Shown here piece by piece: positions 21,332-39,939 of a stretch of DNA of 64,000 bases. This DNA comes from the human T2T-CHM13v2.0 reference genome, Homo sapiens. The DNA is taken from NCBI RefSeq assembly GCF_009914755.1, contig NC_060926.1. One strand, given 5' to 3'. Both the position numbers and the translations under genes were made by a program. The notes under the pieces are model-generated. The model was not told the DNA's origin and searched no databases. It saw nothing but the letters and a program-made list of their open reading frames with translations. Every line of letters begins with the position of its first letter. The stretch's first letter is position 1.

Positions 21332-21337
21332 TTTATA
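21332..21337 (-). promoter_or_regulatory. GKN2 TATA box
   Basis: Minus strand CATATAAAGG, 64 nt upstream of the ATG. Confidence 0.8.
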
Positions 21338-21425
21338 TGGGCTTGAAGATGTGGATATCTCTTTTTCAAATGATCACTTTGGAAAAGACCATGTCTATAT
21401 CTCTGACACACCCTAGCAAACTCCT

Positions 21426-21450
21426 TTATCAGAATTGAGAACCAACCACA
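21426..21450 (-). promoter_or_regulatory. GKN2 proximal promoter GATA (TGATAA 21431-21426) and RUNX (TGTGGTT 21450-21444) motifs
   Basis: Consensus motif matches ~90-115 nt upstream of the TATA box; function inferred only. Confidence 0.4.
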
Positions 21451-22148
21451 TACCTGATATCAATGAAGTTCATTAGTCAGTAATGAAAATTCACCACTTG
21501 GTCACTCTGTAAATATTCTCTGCTATTTGTACTATGCTGCACTTGACATTTTAATTTCCACCCTTTAAAAATATTGCATGATGCTTGTTCTATGCATACA
21601 TTTTATAGCTCTACAAGGACAAACTTCTAACATCTCCTCCTAAAGGAAGAGTGCTTCCTTAAGGCCTGAGTTGGGCCCCAACTCAATGTCTTTTCACCAC
21701 TGTTCTGCTGGCTGAATTCTTCCACAGAGGGAACGGATATGAGACGGGGTGCCAAGACAGTGGCTGGGGAGGCCTGCTTGGAGAACAAACAGCCTAGGAC
21801 TTTCTTCGTTCTTCCCTTTAGATTTGGTGTCAATTTCCAGAAATTAATGAGGAACAAGACTCAGAAAGCATTCTCCCCAATTACCAAGGTTAACCAAATT
21901 TTTACATTAAGCTTCGCCCAAAACTGCACAAAACTGTAAGCTAGAGACCTCTAGTTATCTTGCAGAGTATTAAGAAATTCTTAGATTGAAAAAAAAAAAG
22001 AGAGAGAAAGAGAATAAAGTTTAATTTGTGTAATTTTTTTAACATGACAATTAGAAATGGCTAGTTAGTGTCAGGGTATAATCATGAACTCAGGAAGGGA
22101 AATTTAAAAACAAAACAAACAACAACAACAACAAAAACAATAAACTGC

Positions 22149-22571
<423 letters not shown>

Positions 22572-22904
22572 CTAACTTTAGCAGCTTTAAACAAAAATGG
22601 GGTTCTCAAAAAGTAGACATCTGGGCAAGTTAAGGGTTACCTAGTTCACTGGAATCTCCCTACCCTGGCTGTTCAGTGGGGGTGGATGTAAAACACGCAG
22701 CTTTATTAAATCTTTCTCAGATAGTAGCTGCAGAAAGGATTACAGTTTTCTAAGGCACCTGCAAATTTTCTCTCATATCTGGCTTCAGAGACTCAAAAAA
22801 GCAAACCAGCAATGCCCATAGACATTAGGGCTAATGAAAGTATCACATGCTATCCTCTACCATGTCCCCCTCCCGTCCTCAGGAGTTCTGGTTCTATAGT
22901 CTAA

Positions 22905-23145
22905 TAATGATTGTTGCTAGTGTTTGTAGAGCACTCAATATGTTTCAACACTTTCCAAACACTTCGGATATATTGATTCATCTGATTCTCATATCAACTC
23001 TAGAAGTTACCTTCTAACCTGTTCCATTTTACAGGTAGGAAAACCAAGGTGCAGGGAAGTTAAGTAACTCTTTGAGATCACACAGCTTCGAAAGGCAGTG
23101 TTTGGGATCTGAGCCCAATTTAACTCCAGAGTCCACACTCTTAAT
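22905..23145 (-). mobile_element. MIR
   Basis: CCATTTTACAG...GTTAAGTAACT...GATCACACAGCT antisense core. Confidence 0.75.
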
Positions 23146-23680
23146 TCTGAAAATGATACAGCCTCTCCTTGCCTTGCTGAGACAGGAGCATTAGCAAGGA
23201 GGCTTCTGCTTCCAGAATGCTCCCTAACTGAAAGATAGACTTGGAAACTGTCAGGCCCACCCACAACTCAGGAGTGAAAACTAAAATGAGAAGTGGTGCT
23301 TGTAAACGTTGTTATGAATGAAATTCCTGTCTTCACTCCCAGCTCCCCGCCGAGGGAGTGAAATTGCTGACCTGGAAGGGCCTGGTGCTGACGGTGCCCA
23401 CCTTTGGATACCCTGACGTAGTAGGTCTAAAACTTCCGTGGGTTATTCAGATTGAACGCTGTTTCAAGTCTCATCTAAACCTCTTACAAGGAAGCTAAGA
23501 GCCAAACAGGTTAAGGAATTTGCCTAGGATCGTATATAGTTAGTATATAGTTTCTGGCAAAAATAACTCTCCCTCAGGCCTTCCGACATTAAGTCCAATA
23601 TTCTTTAGTTGGTAAATCACCAAAACGTTTAAAATAACACTTCAATGAATGAAGGTATTAATGTTCATTTATCCACTCTT

Positions 23681-24117
23681 TTTAAAAAAATTATTATCAT
23701 ACTTTAAGTTCTGGGATACATGTGCAGAACGTGTAGGTTTGTTACATAGGTATACACGTGCCATGATTGTTTGTTGCACCCATCAACCCGTCATCTACAT
23801 TAGGTATTTCTCCTAATGCTATCCCTCCTCTAGCCCCTCACTCCCCAACAGGTGCTGGTGTGTGATGTTCCCCTCCCTGTGTCCATGTGTTCTCACTGTT
23901 CAGCTCCCAATTATGAGTGAGAACATGCGGTGTTTGGTTTTCTGTTCTTGTGTTAGTTTGCTGAGAATGATGGTTTCCAGCTTCATCCATGTCCCTGCAA
24001 AGGACATGAACTCATCCTTTTTTATGGCTGCATAGTATTCCATCATATATATGTACCACATTTTCTCTATCCAGGCTTTCACAATAGCAAAGACTCAGAA
24101 CCAACCCAAATGCCCAT
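23681..24117 (-). mobile_element. 5'-truncated, 5'-inverted L1PA 3' end
   Basis: Antisense L1PA 3' UTR/ORF2 end (23681-24074), then a sense segment 24078-24117; TSD CATTTAT(C/T)CACTCTT at 23666 and 24115. Confidence 0.9.
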
Positions 24118-24244
24118 TTATTCACTCTTCTATATGGTCCATTGCTTTGCTGATACAATCGGTGCTGACACAGATGTTTTCGTACCTGTTCAAAATCGTC
24201 CTGTAGTGTACGGCTTGCTTGGGTCACAGGAGTGTGCAGAGTCA

Positions 24245-26990
<2,746 letters not shown>

Positions 26991-28135
26991 ATTTAGACCC
27001 ATTGTAACTATTACTTTTTAACTTACAAAACTTAAATCCTCTATTTTTACAATATTTCTCTGAAGCACACTCATGATCTCGCTCTCTCTCTCTCTCGCTC
27101 TCTCCTTCTGCAACTCTTTTCTTATTTTCCAGGCAGCATATACTATCTCAAGCTCACCATGTCTAAAATAAAAATTGTTGCACTCCTTTCCCAAAGCTGT
27201 TCTTTTTTCTGAACATTGTTATTTCTGTTGACAATTTATCTAGGTCTTTGGGCTACCCTTGAAGTCTTCCTTGATTCTTCTGCCAGTTTTCCTCTGTAAT
27301 GCCTCTCTCATTTATGTCTTTTTTCCAATCCATCAGCCCAAGCTCTATTGCACATTCTTATTACTGCACAGTGTCCCTATCACAGTGACTTTCATTAGTC
27401 AGAATATTGGCACTAACTACTCCAACAAGCAATGCCTAAATCTCAGTGCTTTCACAAAATAAACTTCTATTTCTCACTCACATATAGTTCAAAGCAGATG
27501 ATGCTCATGGTGGGTAACTCTCCTCCAAGGAATGATTTGTGGATTCTAGCTTCCTTCTTATGTGGCCACCATCTTCCCACATGGCTTCATGTTTTTCCTG
27601 GCATTACTCAGCTGGCAGATGGAGGTTCAGACTGACAACATGGAGAAGTCACACCTGCTTTTAAATTTTGCTTTTAAAAAAAGCAATTAATGATCTTTTG
27701 CATTTCATGCAGTTAGGCTTGTATGCCTTTTTCATATGATTTATTTCAATATTTTTAGGCTTAGAAAATCCTTTGCATTGCCAAAATCAGATTAAAGTTT
27801 ACGTATATTTTCTTCCAGTTTTTTATGGATTATTTCATATCATATATATTGTTTACATTTATTTTTAAAATTAATTTGGAATTAATTTTTGTTTATGGTC
27901 GGATCTATTATACATCAGCTTTTCCCAAATAACTAAACCCTCATCCCAAGGCTATTTAAAGCAGAGTCTTTTTCTCCCCAATAGTAGTTTTTGAGCCCTT
28001 GCTTTGGGTATGGCAGAAAATGACATGGTAATGAATTAAAATACTTCTAATGTATGAGGGAGACAACGAGTAGGGTATCTTCAACTTACCAATAGTTTTA
28101 ATAAATCCACAAGAAAATAGTTGACACATAGGATT

Positions 28136-28429
28136 CTTTTTTCTTTTGAGACAGAGTCTTGCTCTGTTGCCCAGGTTGGAGTGCAGTGGCAAGATCTCAG
28201 CTCACCACAACCTCTACCTCCCGGGTTGAAGCAATTCTCCTGACTCAGCCTCCTGAGTTGCTGGGACTATGGGCACGCACCACCACGCCCGCCTAATTTT
28301 TGTATTTTTAGTAGAGATGGGGTTTTACCGTGTTAGCCTGGCTGGTCTCTAACTCCTGACCTCAGGTAATCCACCCACCTCGGCCTCCCAAAGTGCTAGG
28401 ATTGCAGGTCTGAGCCGCCGTGCCTGGCC
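28136..28429 (-). mobile_element. AluS
   Basis: Full antisense dimer. Confidence 0.95.
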
Positions 28430-28499
28430 AGGGTTGTTTTTTTTTTTTTTTTCTAATGGGCAAATGACCTGATTCGAAGGAGAGGAGCAATCACAGGAG

Positions 28500-28725
28500 G
28501 TGGTAAAGAGTTGAGGCCTCAGAAACATCCTACCTGGATTTGAATTCCAATTTGAATTCCATGTTCCCTATCTCTCACTGTGTGCCTCAGTAACCTCATT
28601 TGGAAAGAAAGAATAACAAAATACCTCCTCAAATCATCATTATAAACATTGAAAAGTTCACATATATAAAATATTTAGAATAATTGCTCGCATAGAGTAA
28701 GCTCTCAATAAATTTATCTAATAAT
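28500..28725 (+). mobile_element. MIR (degenerate)
   Basis: CTGTGTGCCTCAGTAACCTCATTTGGAAA...TAAGCTCTCAATAAAT. Confidence 0.55.
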
Positions 28726-29819
28726 ATTATCAATATTTATTATAAGTAAAACATACCAAACCTCATAAATTATTAGGGAATTATACATTTAAACAGCAGT
28801 ATTAAATTAAAATGGAACTATGACATCCAAAAAATCCCTAATTATTGTTTTGTAATCACTTCTGAATAAGGCATAGACTAAACAGGAAGTCACAGGGAAA
28901 TTTAAAAAATATTTTTAATTCAATGGAAGTGAAAATACAATATATGAATATTTATGAGATGCAGCTTAAGCAGTACTTACAGAGAAATTTATAGCATTAA
29001 ATACTTATATTAGAAAAAGGAAAGATCTTAAATAAATTATCGAGGCATCTACCTTAAATTTGAAAATAAATATCAAATTAAACCTAAATCAAGCACAAAG
29101 CAAGAAGTAATAAAGATAAGAGCAGGAATCAATGAAATTGAAAATAGAAAAACAAAAGTAAATCAATGAAAAACACCAATGGCTTATTTAAATAATCAAT
29201 CAAATTGATAAATCTCTCACCAGACTGTTCAAGAACAAAAAAAAAAAAAGAAGACGTACACTATTCATATCAATATTAAAAAGGAGACATCAATACTGAT
29301 CTTATACCTGTTAAAAGAATAACGAGGAAATATTACAAACAATTTTATATCCACAAATTCAACAACTTAGAAGAAATGGAAAACTTCTTGCAAGACACAA
29401 ACACCAAAGATGACTCAAGAAGAAATAAATAACCCGAATGGCCCTATATCAATGAAAGAAATTGAATTTGTAGTTAGAAACCTTTCCACAGAGGAAGCTC
29501 CAGGCCCAGGTGACTTCACAGGTGAACTCTACCAAACATTTAAGGAAGAAATAATCTGAATTCTATACGAATTATTCTGGAAAATACAAGAGGAGAGCAT
29601 ACTTCCCAACTCATTCTATGAGACCAATATTACTTTGACACCAAAAATAGACAAAAATAATATAAAAAAAGAAATTACAGATCAGTATTCCTCCTGAAAA
29701 AAATAAAAAATATTAGTATATTCAATACAGCAGTATATAAAAATAATAATAATAATACATAAGTGAAGTTTTTCCTGGGACTGTAAGGTTTGTTTAACAT
29801 TTGAAAATCAATCAATACA

Positions 29820-30964
<1,145 letters not shown>

Positions 30965-31949
30965 TAATCTAATATATTGTATATTAAAATGAAAAACCAT
31001 GTGTTCGTCTTGATAGGTGCAGCAAATCATTTGACAAAATTCAACATACGCTCGTGATAATAACTCTCAGAAAACTAGAAGTAGAAAGGAATGTCCTCAC
31101 TCTAAGAAAGAACACCTATGAAATACCTTGAGTTAATATCATCCTTAAAAATTCACAAATAGAAAATTAATAAATTGGAGCTCAGTAAAGTAAAAACTTT
31201 TGCTCTTCCAAAGACAGTCAAAAATATAAAAATAAGAGGCAAACTGGGAAAAAAATACTTGTAAAATACATATCTGATATGTACATCTGATGAAGAATTT
31301 ATATCTAGAATATATATGTAACTCCCAAATTCAATAACAAGAAAACATACATTCCAATTTTAAAAACAGGCCAAAGATTTGAAAAGATGGTTTACCAAAG
31401 AAGATATACAGATGGCAAATAGGTGTGTAAAAAGATGCTCAGCATCACTGGTAATTAGGGAAATGCAAACTAAAACCATGATGTGATGCCACTATACACC
31501 AATTAGAATGACTAAAACAACAAATAAGCAAACAAAACAAAACAAAATTGAAAAGTCCAAGCATTGTCAAAGAGCAGAGCAACTAGAATAATCATGCATT
31601 GCTGGTGGGGATGCAAGATGGTAAACCACTTTGGAAAACAATTTGGTAATTCATCATAAAATTAAATATAATTATCATATGACCCAGCGATCCCACTTCT
31701 AGGTATTTACCAAAGAGAAATGAAAATATATGGGCCCATTAGAGCCTGTACATGAATATTTGCAGTGGCTTTCCCTGTAATTACCCAAAACTGGAAACAA
31801 CACGAATGCCTTTCAAATGAACTGTGGTACATTTATATATTAGGATACTACTTAACAATAAAAAAGGAATAACTCAATTTTTAAAATGTGCCATGACACA
31901 TACGAATCTCAGTGCATTATGCTGAGTGACGCTCTTGTCACCTATACAC

Positions 31950-32726
31950 AACGGTAAGCACAATCCAACTCCTAGCAAGACTAACATAAAACCTCATGCA
32001 AAATGCCTATTCACTTCAGTTTCTATCACCCGATAGGTCATATCCAACTTTCAATAAAAAATTACAGGTCATGCTAAAAGCCAAAAAAAATTAAAAACTG
32101 TCTGAAGAGACAAAGCAAGCAACAGAACCAGACTCATATATGGCAGGATGTTGAAATTATAAAATAGGGAATTTAAAATAACTATGACTACAATGCTAAG
32201 AGCACTAACGGAAAAAGTAGACAACATGCAAGAGGACATGGGTAATGTAAGCAGAGAGATGGCAACTCTAAGAAAGAATCAAAGGAAAAAACAGAAATCA
32301 AAAACACTGGAACAGAAATGAACAATGCCTTTGATGAGTTCATTGATAGATTGGACATGGAGGATGAAAGAATAAGTGAACTGGAAGGTATGCCAATAGA
32401 AACTTCTCAAATTGAAATACAAAGAGAAGAAAAAATTTTAAAAATGAACAGTTATTTAAGAATTATGGGACATTTTGTAAAGGTGTACAATATATATAAC
32501 TGAAATAGCAGAACGGAAATAAAGAGAAAAAGGAGCAGAAGAAACCATTGAACTAATAATAGCCAAGAACATTCCAAATACAATGACAGACACCAAACCA
32601 CAGATCCAGGAAGTTTAATGAAACTAAGCAGAATAAATACCAAAAAAATCTACACCTGGGCATATCATATTCAAACTGGAAAAAAAACCCAAAGACAAAA
32701 AAGGAATCTTGAAAGATGCCAGGAAA

Positions 32727-32757
<31 letters not shown>

Positions 32758-34640
32758 CAAAAAAACACCATACCAATAAAGGAAAAAGGATAAAATTACA
32801 GTGGATGTCTCTCAGAAATCATGCAAGCACAGAGACATTAGAGTGAGATATTTAAAGTGGTAAAAGAAAAAAATCACTGATTGAGTCAGCAAAATTTACA
32901 TTCAGCAAAAATTATCCTTAAAAAAATGAAGGAGAAACAAAGACTTTCTTAGACAAGCAAAATGTGAAGAAATTTATCATCAGCAAACCAGCCCTCTAAG
33001 GAAATATCAAAAGAAGTTTTTTAGGCAGAAGGAAAAGGATATAGGTAAGAAACTCAGATCTGCATAAAGAAAAAAAAAGCATCAGAGGAGAAATACATGA
33101 AGGTAAAATAAAATCTTTCATTTTTATTATTCTTAATTGATCAATATTTATTCAAAGTAATAACATTAACTGTATTTTGAGGTTATAGCATATGAATAAG
33201 TAAAATGAATGGCAGCATGTTATAAAGGATAAGAGGGAGGAATTGGAAGTACTCTGTTAAAAGGTACCTGTACTACCCATGAAGCAGTAGAGTGATGTTT
33301 GAAAGTAGATCTAGATTAGTTGTGAATGCACATTGCAAAATCAGCAATCACTAAGAAACTTCTTAAAAGGTATAATTGAGGAGAGAAAATGGAATCATAT
33401 AAAATCCTTAGCTAAAACCAGAGAAGGCAAAAAAGAGAGGAAGAAAAACAGAAACAAAAAACAAATGGAATGAACAGAGAAGTTACAGCCATGATAGATA
33501 TTAATCCAACTGTATCAAGAATCACTTTAGATGTGAGTGATCTAAATACACCAAGTAAAAGATAGAAAGTGACAGAGTTAATCTGGCTCATGCCTGTAAT
33601 CCCAGTACTTTGGGAGGCCGAGACGGGTGGATCACCTGAGGTCAGGAGTTCGGCACCAGCCTCACCAACATGGAGAAACCCTGTCTCTACTAAAAATACA
33701 AAAAATACAAAATTAGCTGGGCATGGTGGCACATGCCTGTAACCAGGAGGCAGAGGTTGCAGTGAGCCAAGATCGTGCCATTGCACTCCAGCTTGGGCAA
33801 CAAGAGCAAAACTCCATCTCAAAAATAATAATAATAAAATAAAAAATAACACCGAACTATATGTTGTCTATAAGAAATTCACTTTAAATATAAAGACACA
33901 GAGAGGTTAAAAGTAAATGAGTGGAGAAAATACACCATCTAACACTAATCGAAAGAAAACTGAAGCACCTGTATTAATTTTAGACAAAGTGAACTTCAAA
34001 ATAAAGAAAATTATCAGGGATAAAGAGAGGCATCACATAATTATAAAGGATTTAGTTCTCCCAGAAGATATAACAATCCTTAACGGGTATGCACCTAACA
34101 CCAGAGCATCAAAATATGTGAGATGAAAACTAATAGAGCTGGAAAATCTTTGTACCTTCCAATCAATTTTGCTATAAACCTAAAATGGCTCTAAAAATTA
34201 AAGTCTATTTTTTAAAAACTGATAAAACTGCAAAGAGAAATAGACAAACCACTGTTATAGCTGGAGACTTCAATACCCCTCTTCCAAGCACTAATAAATC
34301 AAGTAGGCAGAAAAGCAGTAAGGGTATTGTTAAACTAAACAGTATCATCAATAAATTGTATCTAATCAACATTTATAGAATACTTCATTGAATAACAGCA
34401 GAATATAAATTTTTCTCAAGCTTCCATGGAACACTTACCGAGATAGACCACATGCTAGGCCACAAAACCCACATTAACAAATTTAAAAGAATATAAATCA
34501 TACAAAGTGCGTTCTCAGATCATGATGAATTTACATTACAAATCAATAACAGGAAGATAATTGAAAAATCCCCCCAAATTTGAAGACTGAACAGCACGTT
34601 TTTAATAATAAATGAATCAAAGAAGTCACAAGATAAGTTT
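31950..34640 (+). mobile_element. Old L1M ORF1 to ORF2-endonuclease fragment
   Basis: ORF1 coiled coil (NAFDEFIDRLDMEDERISELEG) and endonuclease remnants (DITILNGYAPNTRASKY; VIAGDFNTPL). Confidence 0.85.
33584..33848 (+). mobile_element. AluS with ~40-bp internal deletion in the right arm
   Basis: GCCTGTAA joined directly to CCAGGAGGCAGAGG at ~33742. Confidence 0.92.
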
Positions 34641-34909
34641 TGTTAAAATATGATAAAAAGTTAACAGTGATTATTTCTGCGTAGTAGAATGATATGTGTC
34701 AATTATTCTTTGATTATTTTTGTTTTCCATAATTTCTTATGAGTTACTTTTATGCTCAGAAAAGAGTTTTAGATGGTTTTTTAAAATAGATATTTAAAAG
34801 ATAGAATTTAAAGGCTATAGTTATCCATTGTTAATCAATTTGACAGTAGCTGAGCTATCTATTTTGATTGATTCAGAGATTAAAGTGCCATTAAAATAAA
34901 TAGAAATAA

Positions 34910-35400
34910 CAGAAAAACAGCATGTTTGAGAAGTAACGAAAATAATTTGGTTTGGAGTCTATCTGATTTTGAAATATGATTATTAAATACATCTAATGTA
35001 TGCAACAAACTAAAGCCTGAAGCTCAGTAGGGTTGGACCTGTTTTTCCATCTCGTATGGGTGGCTCAAGTATTTAGAATAGAGGAGGTCACACAGGAAGA
35101 ATGCGAAGGATGAAAAAAAGACCAAGGATGGACTCCAATGCCAACATTGAAGGGAAAGATGAAAGAGAAGAAAGCAAATGTTGAGATGGTAGAAGGAGCA
35201 GTTGAAGTGCAAATGGGAGAAAGCAATGTCACAGAAGTAAAGAAAGGAGATAATTTTTTAAAATAAAGGAATTGCAGGATCGAAAAGTACAAAGAAGTTA
35301 GATAAGTACTGAAAAAATAGCGGCATTTCAGCAATTTTGAAGTTAGGCTCTTTGTCTTCCTCACTTTTGTGTCACCAATACTGGAGCCCAATTGCCGTGG
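34910..35400 (-). mobile_element. L2 fragment
   Basis: Purine-rich degenerate sequence typical of antisense L2. Confidence 0.45.
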
Positions 35401-36086
35401 GTTGAGCCATGATGGTAGGCGGGGAAATAGGATCAGAAAATGTATGTGATTCTTTTAAGGGATGTAAAGAGGAGGGAAGATATAAGGTCTCCATTTGTGA
35501 GGAAAGTAGACTTAAGGGAAAGTTTTTATGTTTTGTTTTATTTTGTTACTACTGAGAAAATTTGGCCATACAAATCAAAAAGAGGGAGCAAATCAAAAAG
35601 GAAGAGACTGAAGTTTGAGAAAAAGGACAGCTATTTGATGGAGAAAGATGAAAATCAGAGATAGAACTGTTGGTCTTAGAAATGATGTATTAAGAACATA
35701 TTCCTCCAAGATGAGAGGGAATGAAGTTTGGGTGAAGACAAAGATGGAAGATGGAGGGATGACAGTTCAAGAAGCCTGATACCTTTGAGTTTCTCCATGC
35801 AATAGGCTGTTAGGTTGAAGATCGGAGTGATAGAGAGGACTTGGATAATCTGGCAAGGATTTGAACAGCCACTGAAGGGAAGAGGGAAGAAGCTGGCGAT
35901 AAGTCACAAAAGCTGAGCTCCACTGATGCTATGATAGGTCCAAGAGGAATCAGTTTTAAGTTTAAATTCTTTTCTATATTGGCTCCCACCCAAGAAGAGA
36001 GAAAGGGGTTTTCTGGGAAATTGGCCTCTTCCAGATTTGAGAAAAGTGACAAACATTAGTACAACCTTTTTTGTATCAGAATTTCA

Positions 36087-36523
<437 letters not shown>

Positions 36524-37424
36524 CTAATAGATATCCAGCGATTCCATCATATATCATCTCCATACACATTCTATTTCAAGGTAAGTCATGAAATTCTAAA
36601 TAATAAAGTGTATTTACATTTCTAAAAGGTATATACTTATTTATATACTTTCCTTTATATGTGCTTGATGGTCCTTTATGAAAAAGCTAAATCAAATTGA
36701 AAGGTGTGTCAATTATGAAAAAGTTAAGTGACTACGTTTTTAGGGAAACACCCATGGCCACTACCTAAAATATTAATTTACTGGGAGGAGCTCAAGGCTG
36801 TTGAAAAGTGTGGGTGTGGAAAAGAGAAAAGAACCTTCAGACATGCAGGGAAGTACTGGGCCAAAGAGAAAGGGAAGTTTCAAGTGTCAGTTGGTGAAGA
36901 TTAAATCCCTGTAATATCTTGATCTCAGTGTGTAGTAAATTGTAGGTTTTTGATAAGTTAGATAATCCTGAGTCAATTCTTCTCTATCTACTGTGATTAA
37001 ATGAGATATTTAGCAACCCTAAAAGCAAATCTGAGCGTGTTAAGAATGCCATAAAACAGTCTCCTCACAACTACTGAACCTCCAGTTCACACCACCTGGC
37101 TCTGCTGCTCCTCTAGGCTGGAGTGGCCTGACCCTCTCTCTCTCTTTGTCTTTGTCAGTCTATCCCACAGGACTCAGCAAAAGCCCATATGCTGCATGAA
37201 GCCTCTGTAACCACTCCAGCTGAGAGATAGCACATTCTTTTGAATGTCTGTCTCTACTGCTTATTTGGCATAAAGGCAAGAGCACAGGCTCCAGGGTTAT
37301 GTGAATTCAATCACTCCATTCTTACCTGCCATGTGACCTTGGACAGGTCAAAGCCTCTCAGAACCTCACCCTCCTCTCATCTTGCTTTGGTGTGTCTATA
37401 CTATGTGCGTGTCTTGCCTCCCAT

Positions 37425-37948
37425 CAGGACTAGCTATGCAATTTGCAATGCCCAATGCAAAATGAAAATGTGGGACTCCTTGTTCAGATAGCAGGGAAAA
37501 AAAGCTTTTTCCTTTCATCCATAGGTTATCTCTGTCTCTCAACTTGTGATGGTGTTTTTGATTTGCTATTTATTGTCACACACTCCCTTGGGCATAGGGA
37601 TTTTTGCAACATAAGTGGCCCCTGCAACTCAGCATCTGGGTATATGTGTCTGACCTTAACTCTTCCTGTACCTCTAGCTGTGTACTACCAGTAGAGAGAA
37701 GTAGAGGAGTGGTGATCAAGAGCCCATCCAGGGAGGTGGGCATAGCAGGACTACGTGTGAACCAAAGCTCCAAGCAGGAAGAATGCAAAGGATGAACGAA
37801 ATGCTCCGTTGTCCCATTCACTCCACTTAGAAAACAAAAATTCAAAAATAAAAGTATTAGGATTTTCAAGGTGGCAACTGCAAAGCACTAAACCCAAGTG
37901 TGGGCCCTCTGCGACTGCACTAGTCACACATCTATAAAGCCAGCCCTG
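37425..37948. mobile_element. MER45-type (hAT-Tip100) DNA transposon
   Basis: Termini CAGGACTAGCTA...GCCCAATGCAAAATGAAAATGTGGG and ...AAGCCAGCCCTG; degenerate 8-bp TSD CCTCCCAT/CCTCTCGT. Confidence 0.75.
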
Positions 37949-38608
37949 CCTCTCGTATAGATTTCAGGATCTTGGAGTGTGAGCATTGTTTGTTTTACAT
38001 CTTTAAATCTTCTGTAGCACTTGTGCTTAATTGGGGCATGGCATTAGCTGCAGCATGATGCATTGCTATTAATGGGCTATTTTTCAATAAGAGAAAATGA
38101 GTAGGGGGTTGTAGGCCCAGTGACCCATTTCTGAGCAAGCAAATGATAGAACTTTCCTGGCATGGATGAGAGGTTTTTATTCAAATCCAGTGGGACCTCT
38201 GAAGGAAAAGCACACTCCAGAATGAATCCTGATGGATACGTTTTATTAAGCATTTCCAGGAATTACAGACTAGGAATGTAGGTAGGGAGAGAGCATAATT
38301 GAATAAACATGGAAACTCAAAATTCTCTGAGGCACCCTTGAGGATCCAATGTCACCATCTGAAGATGTGTTCTTTCAGAAGTGAAAAGATTGCATATGTG
38401 TGTATTGTGTTCTATGTAAGACATAGAAAAGGAAACCAATTCTGACCGGTCACCCTACAGAAAACTCGATGATTTACAAAACTGTGCTTCATTGTTCACT
38501 GGCCTTAGGGCAAGTCCTTTACTTTGGCCTCTTCTGCCAGGGAAGCCATGGTGTGGTGGCCTGGGGTCCTCGCAAGGCCCTGGCTCTAGGCACCGCTCTG
38601 CCAGCGCT

Positions 38609-38679
38609 AGCACTTTGGTTCCAACCATTTGGGATCTTATTCTCATCTTTTAATAAGCAGTTTAGTCATTTCCCAGCCT
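38609..38679 (+). repeat. Copy 1 of a local 71-bp direct repeat
   Basis: 62/71 identical to 39940-40010, ungapped; first 29 nt identical. Confidence 0.9.
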
Positions 38680-39939
38680 GACTGCTGTTATTTAATTAAC
38701 ACACCATCAGTATGAGTGCTTTTACAACATTATCTCTAAACCGCTTCAATTTGAACACTGAACAAAGTATAGTGTTATTATTTCTGGATTAGCCAGGACA
38801 TAATTATAAAGCAACATGTTGCTATCACTTTATGATTTCTATTCCTCATATGGGCATACTTTCTTTAAATCTTTTTCAGAACGAATTGTTTAACCAGGCT
38901 TGATTGTCCTTCACGATGATAAACATGAAGTTATTGGTCAGCGTTGTCTTTACCTCTACTTTCATATATTTCATACACATGATGCAATTACTCAGGAGAT
39001 CTTCTTTTTGCAAGATTTTTCCAAACCCCATTTATATTACTCTATCACTCAAGGTAACAACTAATCTTAGGCATAATATATCACTGCCTGCCTCTGAGGG
39101 GATCCAGAAGTTTTGGCAAACGCAATTGAACAGACATACAAACAGCCAGAGAAAGCCAGAGTTATATGTATTTTGGAAGGCAACGGTCCCAGAGGAAACA
39201 ACAAAAATATCTGCTCAGTAATGCAAAGTGCTCCCTCCACTCTGCTGTAACTCGAAAAGAATTTCTCCCCTATATAAAAATAATTATGTATTAAGTTTGG
39301 ATTTTCTGGAACTTGAAGCTCCTCTAGCAATAACTATTAAAACGTTATTTTACATGTTTCTATCGCTATTTTTTAGACGTGTCATTCCTAGCCATAAGTA
39401 CATATGGAGGCTTTGATAAGGGTGTGTCACTGCTGCAAGCACCAAGGCTGTAGTCACCGGAACCATCATGAGAGTCTTAGCTACAGGCTGGGAAATCAAG
39501 ACCAGAGAGGGGCAGAAATTTCTCCACAGCGAAGTGTATTCAGACCTCATAATGAACCACTTGACTGGGGACCATCAAAAGGACCATCAGACTGGTGTGC
39601 AGTTTGCTCAGAAAGACAAAAGTAAAGGCAAGGAGACTGAAATAGAGTCTGCATGAAGGGACTTCCACACTCAAACAAATAAATTATCATTTGCAGGCAA
39701 ATGGACTAAGGCCAGTTGAGTCCTAACTATCAGAAAATGGAGAGCAAGAATGAAAAGGAAGCCAAGGTTACTAAGGGCTTCATAGGTATTAATAACCTCT
39801 AGGTCAGCCCATTAACAGGTCTGTGCAGAGACGGAATCTTGAATGAGAATATTTAATGATTAAAATGTACCCTATAGGCAAACATTCCCTTCCACTCAGA
39901 GAACAAGAAGGAATGTGAAAAGTCTGATTTCTGTGGGAA

